Source: Candidatus Thorarchaeota archaeon
Lineage (GTDB): Archaea; Asgardarchaeota; Heimdallarchaeia; Hodarchaeales; Hodarchaeaceae
Assembly (NCBI GenBank): GCA_048882505.1
Contig: JBHLRO010000007.1
Span: 117,826 to 149,825, forward strand
Reading direction: 5' to 3'
DNA: 32,000 nucleotides
Below the pieces are notes generated by a model. That model saw nothing but the letters and a program-made list of their open reading frames with translations, was not told the origin of the DNA and did not search any database. The translations under genes and the position numbers were made by a program. Each line of letters opens with the position of its first letter. The first letter of the stretch is position 1. This document shows, piece after piece, positions 27,627-32,000 of the stretch.

Positions 27627-28550
27627 ATGAATCTTTCAGATGAAGTCGGTCCAGTTCTGGTTACGGGAGCTGGATCAGGGATTGGTAAATTGACGACCGA
27701 ACATTTATCCAGAAGGGGAAAAATGGTTTATGCGTCAGCCAGAAACGAGAAACATATAAAATACCTCAACACGCTTTCCAATGTTCTTGGCCTCCGATTG
27801 GATGTAACCTCATCCGAGGATGTCAGTGAAGTTGTAAAACGGGTAGAAGAAGAGGGGAGAGGGTTGTATGGCTTGATCAACAATGCAGGCGTTGCAGATT
27901 TTTGGCCAATAATTGCCACTGATGAAAAGATGCTACATCGTGTGTTTGATGTGAACGTATACGGCCCTTTACGGGTTACAAATGCACTTGCACCTTATAT
28001 AATTAAATCCAAGGGTCGTATAGTGAATATAAGTTCTATATCGGGGCTTTTTACTCCCATGTTCATGTCTGCCTATAGCATGAGCAAGTTTGCATTTGAA
28101 TCGTGGTCAGATGCATTATCGCAAGAGCTTCGGGAATTCGGAGTGAAAGTAATAGTGATTGAACCAGGAACCTTCAACACCAAGATCATAATGTCTACCG
28201 CAGAAATGATACGGGAGCGTACAAAAAAACCGTATTATTCGATCGCCAAAGACCAGATATCCTGGATTGCTGAAAACATCCATACAGAAACCAAGAAACG
28301 GTTGAATTCGCCCACCCCCGAAAAGGTAGTAAATGCGGTAATGGAAGGTCTGTTTGCAATAAAGCCAAAAAAAAGATATTTGGTAACCTCAAAGAAAACC
28401 GGTTACGAAAAAATGCTTTTTTCAATGGTAAATAGGCTGGTTCAATTCTATTACAATAATGAATATGAATTAACCAAAGAAGATCTCTTTAAAATGTTAG
28501 ACAATGCCTTTATGGCTATCAACAATCCAAATGGGGATATATTAACCTAA
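27627..28550 (+). CDS. Classical short-chain dehydrogenase/reductase
   Basis: TGAGSGIG, NNAG, NISS, YSMSK, IEPG. Confidence 0.93.
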   Translation: MNLSDEVGPVLVTGAGSGIGKLTTEHLSRRGKMVYASARNEKHIKYLNTLSNVLGLRLDVTSSEDVSEVVKRVEEEGRGLYGLINNAGVADFWPIIATDEKMLHRVFDVNVYGPLRVTNALAPYIIKSKGRIVNISSISGLFTPMFMSAYSMSKFAFESWSDALSQELREFGVKVIVIEPGTFNTKIIMSTAEMIRERTKKPYYSIAKDQISWIAENIHTETKKRLNSPTPEKVVNAVMEGLFAIKPKKRYLVTSKKTGYEKMLFSMVNRLVQFYYNNEYELTKEDLFKMLDNAFMAINNPNGDILT

Positions 28551-28573
28551 ACATAGGAAATAAAGAAGTGAGA

Positions 28574-28777
28574 TCAAAGATGATACTTACGTAATTCAAT
28601 GAAAAGGAAATTCAAAAATGTCCCAGGATTCTTATAGCGCTTCCAAGACCAAAACACCTTGAAGATAACTCCTTTTAGGCTTAATGTCTCCTTTCGGAGG
28701 TTTATGGTCTTCCACAAGAATTTAAACCTGCTTGCCCACTCCAGCTCCTCATAACTATTGTTAAATTCCGAATACAT
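28574..28777 (-). CDS. Possible small hypothetical protein or gene remnant (67 aa)
   Basis: Fills an otherwise empty gap; no recognisable motif; an in-frame TAA lies a few codons upstream of the ATG. Confidence 0.25.
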   Translation of the reverse strand: MYSEFNNSYEELEWASRFKFLWKTINLRKETLSLKGVIFKVFWSWKRYKNPGTFLNFLFIELRKYHL

Positions 28778-28946
28778 GAAAGTAAAGTCTTAATAAGGAT
28801 ATTTCTTCATTTCAAAAACAGATTATAGAAATATTACAGCGTCAGCGACCCTTATGATGGAAAGACGTTCAAAGCTCCAGTTGACTTAACAATAGAAAGG
28901 CAAATTGCGAAAAGATATAACGTTAGTTCGTCTATTAGGACTTATT

Positions 28947-28962
28947 AGACCTAATTAGGTCT
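28947..28962. promoter_or_regulatory. Perfect 16-bp palindrome AGACCTAATTAGGTCT, candidate operator of the oxidoreductase-hdrA operon
   Basis: Ends 25 nt before the ATG at 28988, just upstream of an AT-rich TATA-like TTTTATTA. Confidence 0.45.
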
Positions 28963-28987
28963 TAACTTTTATTAGAGGATTTTTATA

Positions 28988-29254
28988 ATGATGCGTTCCA
29001 CTCGGAAACCGATTTTACAACCTCCTCAAACTAAAGATTATAGGGTTATGGTGTTAAGCGAGATATGTGACAGTTGTGAACTCTGTATAGAATTTTGTCC
29101 TCGGGATGTCTTAGAGGTCTCGGAGGAGTTCAATAGTCGTATGCTCCACCCGGTTAAGGCCGTCCACCAAGAAGAATGCACGGGCTGTTTACAATGTGAG
29201 AGAATTTGCCCCTCTGTATCGATATTTATACAAGAAATTCCCCTGAAGGTTTAG
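28988..29254 (+). CDS. 2x[4Fe-4S] ferredoxin (oxidoreductase delta subunit)
   Basis: CDSCELCIEFCP and CTGCLQCERICP. Confidence 0.9.
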   Translation: MMRSTRKPILQPPQTKDYRVMVLSEICDSCELCIEFCPRDVLEVSEEFNSRMLHPVKAVHQEECTGCLQCERICPSVSIFIQEIPLKV

Positions 29255-29258
29255 AGAA

Positions 29259-30422
29259 ATGAGTAGTACCACCCAAGAAAGCTCTCAATCGGATTTGATT
29301 TTAACTACTGGAAATTATGCGTCAGCGGAAGGAGCTATTGCTGTGGGTTGCCGGTACTTCGGCGGATATCCGATTACCCCGTCTTCCGAAATTGCCCATT
29401 ATATGTCTCGACGGTTACCTCAGGTTGGCGGGACGTTCGTTCAAATGGAGGATGAGCTTGCCTCAATCGTATCAGTCGTAGGGGCATCTTTTGCTGGAGC
29501 AAAGGCTATGACGGCAACCTCAGGTCCTGGCCTCTCACTGATGGCCGAGACAGTTGGACTGGCATTCATGTTGGAAACTCCTCTGGTTATAGTGACTGTA
29601 ATGAGAGGAGGCCCATCAACAGGTCAACCAACCAAGGCTTCTCAATCGGATGTAATGCAAACTCGGTATCTATCTCACGGCGATTATGAAATGATTGTAT
29701 TATCACCTAATAGTGTCCAAGAAATGTATGATCTAACAATTAGAGCATTCAATCTTTCAGAAAAGTATCGATCTCCCGTTATAGTTGCGAGTGATGGAAT
29801 CACAGGTCAAATGATGGAACCCGTTCGTTATCACTCAGACTTTGAAGTAATCAACCGGAAGCCACCTCAGGTTCCCCCAGAGGATTACAAGCCTTTTGAA
29901 GTGCTAGACGAGGACCTAATACCAGGCATGGCCGTAGCAGGAACCGAATACAACTTTTACGTAACAGGTTTAACACATGATGTTACGGGAAGTCCTGATA
30001 TGCGTCCTGAGGCCGCCGTGTCATTAGTTCAACGTCTTTGCGACAAGATCCGTCGGGGTCGTTCGGAAATAAACGACTGGAAAGAACGTTATGTCGAAGA
30101 TGCAGAAGTTGTGGTCCTCTCCTATGGAATAAACTCACGTGGTGTCCCTGAAGCGGTCGAAAAAGCCCGGAGTAAAGGACATAAGGTTGGATATGTTCGC
30201 ATGCGGAGTTTATGGCCTTTCCCCCAGGAATTAATGGAGAGATTGGCCAAAAATGATGTAAAGAAGGTAATCGTTAGCGAAATGAACTACGGACAGGTTA
30301 TCCGAGAGGTAGAACGATTTCGCCACTTGGGTTTTTCGGTCATTGGCCAACACGTTCCCACCACGATTCCCTTTCACCCGAGTTTTATTTACGATGGTAT
30401 TATGAAGGAGGTAAACCCATGA
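29259..30422 (+). CDS. 2-oxoacid:ferredoxin oxidoreductase alpha subunit (KorA/VorA-like)
   Basis: GYPITPSSE, QMEDE, TATSGPG, MRGGPSTG. Confidence 0.95.
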   Translation: MSSTTQESSQSDLILTTGNYASAEGAIAVGCRYFGGYPITPSSEIAHYMSRRLPQVGGTFVQMEDELASIVSVVGASFAGAKAMTATSGPGLSLMAETVGLAFMLETPLVIVTVMRGGPSTGQPTKASQSDVMQTRYLSHGDYEMIVLSPNSVQEMYDLTIRAFNLSEKYRSPVIVASDGITGQMMEPVRYHSDFEVINRKPPQVPPEDYKPFEVLDEDLIPGMAVAGTEYNFYVTGLTHDVTGSPDMRPEAAVSLVQRLCDKIRRGRSEINDWKERYVEDAEVVVLSYGINSRGVPEAVEKARSKGHKVGYVRMRSLWPFPQELMERLAKNDVKKVIVSEMNYGQVIREVERFRHLGFSVIGQHVPTTIPFHPSFIYDGIMKEVNP

Positions 30423-31288
30423 CAGCACCTCAAGAATTAATCACACCTGATTCCTCCGAAATAATCACTGAAGATCATCCTCTCCATTCTCGACTAAATC
30501 TTCATCGGTTCATTTTTTGTCCAGGATGTCTGATTGGGTCGGTCATTACCTCGATCACGAGCTGTTTAGTGGAAAGAGGGCTGACTCCCAAAGATTACGC
30601 CATTGTTTCTGGAATCGGCTGTACGGGCCGCTCTAGTGGTTGTTTCAAAGCCCCCGCTTTTCACAGTACGCATGGAAGGGCGATACCATTTGCGACTGGC
30701 CTCAAGCTGGCTAATCCAGATTTAGAGGTAATAGTTCTTTCAGGTGACGGAGATTTATTTGCGATTGGAGGGAATCACTTCATCCATGCCTGTAGACGTA
30801 ATATTGAGATCAGCGTTCTTTGTATCAACAACAACGTATATGGTATGACTGGGGGCCAAGTTGCACCTACCACCCAAATAGGGGATTTAACAACCACCAC
30901 CCCTTACGGAAACGTAGAGCCTCCATTCAATCTGGTAAGTTTGGCTGCGTCCGCTGGTGCCAGCTATGTCGCCCGATGGCCAGGATATGACCTCTTGCGG
31001 TTACAGAAAAGCATCAAACTATCAATGGACAACCCTGGGTTTAGTTTCATAGAGGTTTTAGCTCCCTGCTTTACTCAATATGGTAGGAAAAATAAACTGG
31101 GGGACGCGGTTCAGATGCTGGAATGGATTAAGAATCAGGTCCGAATCAAGACTGATGTCGCTCCCCACGATGCAAAATTTGATTACAAGGAAGGTATAAT
31201 CGTTTGTGGGGAGTTTGTGAATTCTCCACGTGTGGGATTCACACAAAGGCTTGCGCGGGTTAGAGAGCAGATTTCGAAAAAGAAGTAG
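30419..31288 (+). CDS. 2-oxoacid:ferredoxin oxidoreductase beta subunit (TPP-binding)
   Basis: FCPGC, GIGC, THGRA, GDGD...NN, YGMTGGQ; ATGA overlap with alpha. Confidence 0.95.
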   Translation: MTAPQELITPDSSEIITEDHPLHSRLNLHRFIFCPGCLIGSVITSITSCLVERGLTPKDYAIVSGIGCTGRSSGCFKAPAFHSTHGRAIPFATGLKLANPDLEVIVLSGDGDLFAIGGNHFIHACRRNIEISVLCINNNVYGMTGGQVAPTTQIGDLTTTTPYGNVEPPFNLVSLAASAGASYVARWPGYDLLRLQKSIKLSMDNPGFSFIEVLAPCFTQYGRKNKLGDAVQMLEWIKNQVRIKTDVAPHDAKFDYKEGIIVCGEFVNSPRVGFTQRLARVREQISKKK

Positions 31289-31317
31289 TGTGATCAAGTG
31301 AACTGGTGAATTAAAAA

Positions 31318-32000
31318 ATGGCTGCGGAAAGTATCGACCAAAAGGATCCTAAAATTGGCGTATTCCTTTGTAAGTGTGGTAAGAATATCGCTGGTAGCGT
31401 TGACATAGATAGGGTTGCAGAACAGATCGAAAACCTACCTGATGTCAAGCTAGTCCAGGTGAATACCTACACTTGCTCTGATCCAGGCCAGGTAGAAATT
31501 GAAAATGCTATCAATGAACAAGGAATTGAAAAAATCGTTGTTTCCGCATGTTCTCCCCGTCTTCATGGGCCGACCTGGAAAACCTTGATGCGTCGTCTTG
31601 GGATGAACCCTGAACTTGTCGAAGTGGCAAACATCAGAGAACAGTGCTCTTGGGTTCATCTACACGAGAAAGAAGAGGCCACAAGGAAAGCTACTGAATT
31701 GATTGAGATGGCGGTCGCTAAGGCAGACCTTTTAGAGCCTGTTGACGAAATCGTTGTTCCCGTGGAAAAGCGAGTTCTAGTTATTGGTGGTGGAGTGGCA
31801 GGTATTCAAGCTTCTCTTGATCTCGCGGATGATTTTGAAGTCGTACTTGTTGAAAAAGAACCTACCATCGGAGGCAGAATGGCATTAATCGATAAGACGT
31901 TTCCTACAATGGATTGTAGCATCTGCATTCTTGGCCCAAAAATGGCTGACGTGGGTAACCATAAGAATATCAATCTAATTTCTAATGCGGAAGTAACCCG
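31318..32000 (+). CDS. hdrA: Heterodisulfide reductase subunit A, copy 3 (5' part, truncated by the window; missing from the ORF track)
   Basis: Manual translation: MAAESIDQKDPKIGVFLCKCGKNIAG...SACSP...NIREQCSWV...GGGVAG...KTFPTMDCSICILGPKM; GGTGA at 31305-31309. Confidence 0.93.
   Translation, partial: MAAESIDQKDPKIGVFLCKCGKNIAGSVDIDRVAEQIENLPDVKLVQVNTYTCSDPGQVEIENAINEQGIEKIVVSACSPRLHGPTWKTLMRRLGMNPELVEVANIREQCSWVHLHEKEEATRKATELIEMAVAKADLLEPVDEIVVPVEKRVLVIGGGVAGIQASLDLADDFEVVLVEKEPTIGGRMALIDKTFPTMDCSICILGPKMADVGNHKNINLISNAEVT

Noticed and set aside
520-31659. The many 60-170 aa ORFs in the track that overlap the large genes on the opposite strand or in another frame
   Set aside because: They are shadows of well-supported CDSs and carry no recognisable motifs.
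12468-32000. Selenocysteine recoding in HdrA, MvhD or MvhA (known selenoproteins in some methanogens and Asgard archaea)
   Set aside because: All equivalent positions visible are Cys codons (DCASC, DCSIC, DCAAC, DPCFSC, DPCFAC, MvhD motifs), the ORFs are uninterrupted, and there is no split VhuU-type gene.
1-32000. CRISPR arrays, tRNA/rRNA genes, transposases/IS ends, prophage genes
   Set aside because: I found no regularly spaced repeats, cloverleaf or rRNA-like tracts, or mobile-element ORFs by manual reading; all gaps are under 500 nt.

Overview
Archaeal-type DNA (GGTGA/GGAGG ribosome-binding motifs, UPF0282, Mvh/Hdr gene set). An Asgard or other non-methanogen origin is plausible but cannot be shown from this window. 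Most of it is a hydrogen/ferredoxin/disulfide redox island. (1) 1-6.1 kb: accessory genes (B12-binding radical SAM, DinB-like, decayed S9 peptidase, stand-alone FNR-type flavoprotein, small repeat protein, UPF0282 metallo-hydrolase, nitrilase). (2) 6.2-12.2 kb: [NiFe]-hydrogenase maturation genes hypE, hypD, hypC, hypF, hypA and a protease on alternating strands, with no hypB. (3) 12.5-18.7 kb (+): mvhG-mvhA-hdrA::mvhD fusion-hdrC-hdrB. (4) 18.9-20.2 kb: a six-Cys small protein and a second maturation protease. (5) 20.2-26.3 kb (-): HdrC/CCG fusion-hdrA-mvhD-mvhG-mvhA, converging on the first operon. (6) 26.8-32 kb: 2-oxoacid:ferredoxin oxidoreductase (gamma gene displaced by an SDR) running into a third, truncated hdrA. 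The most notable signal is complementary divergence between the two Mvh-Hdr modules. Module 1 has canonical HdrBC but an atypical HdrA and an AHRG active-site-canopy variant. Module 2 has a canonical-looking HdrA but a partly degenerate CCG partner. Two intergenic hairpins have different stems but share loop motifs. No CRISPR array, tRNA/rRNA, mobile element or selenocysteine recoding was found.
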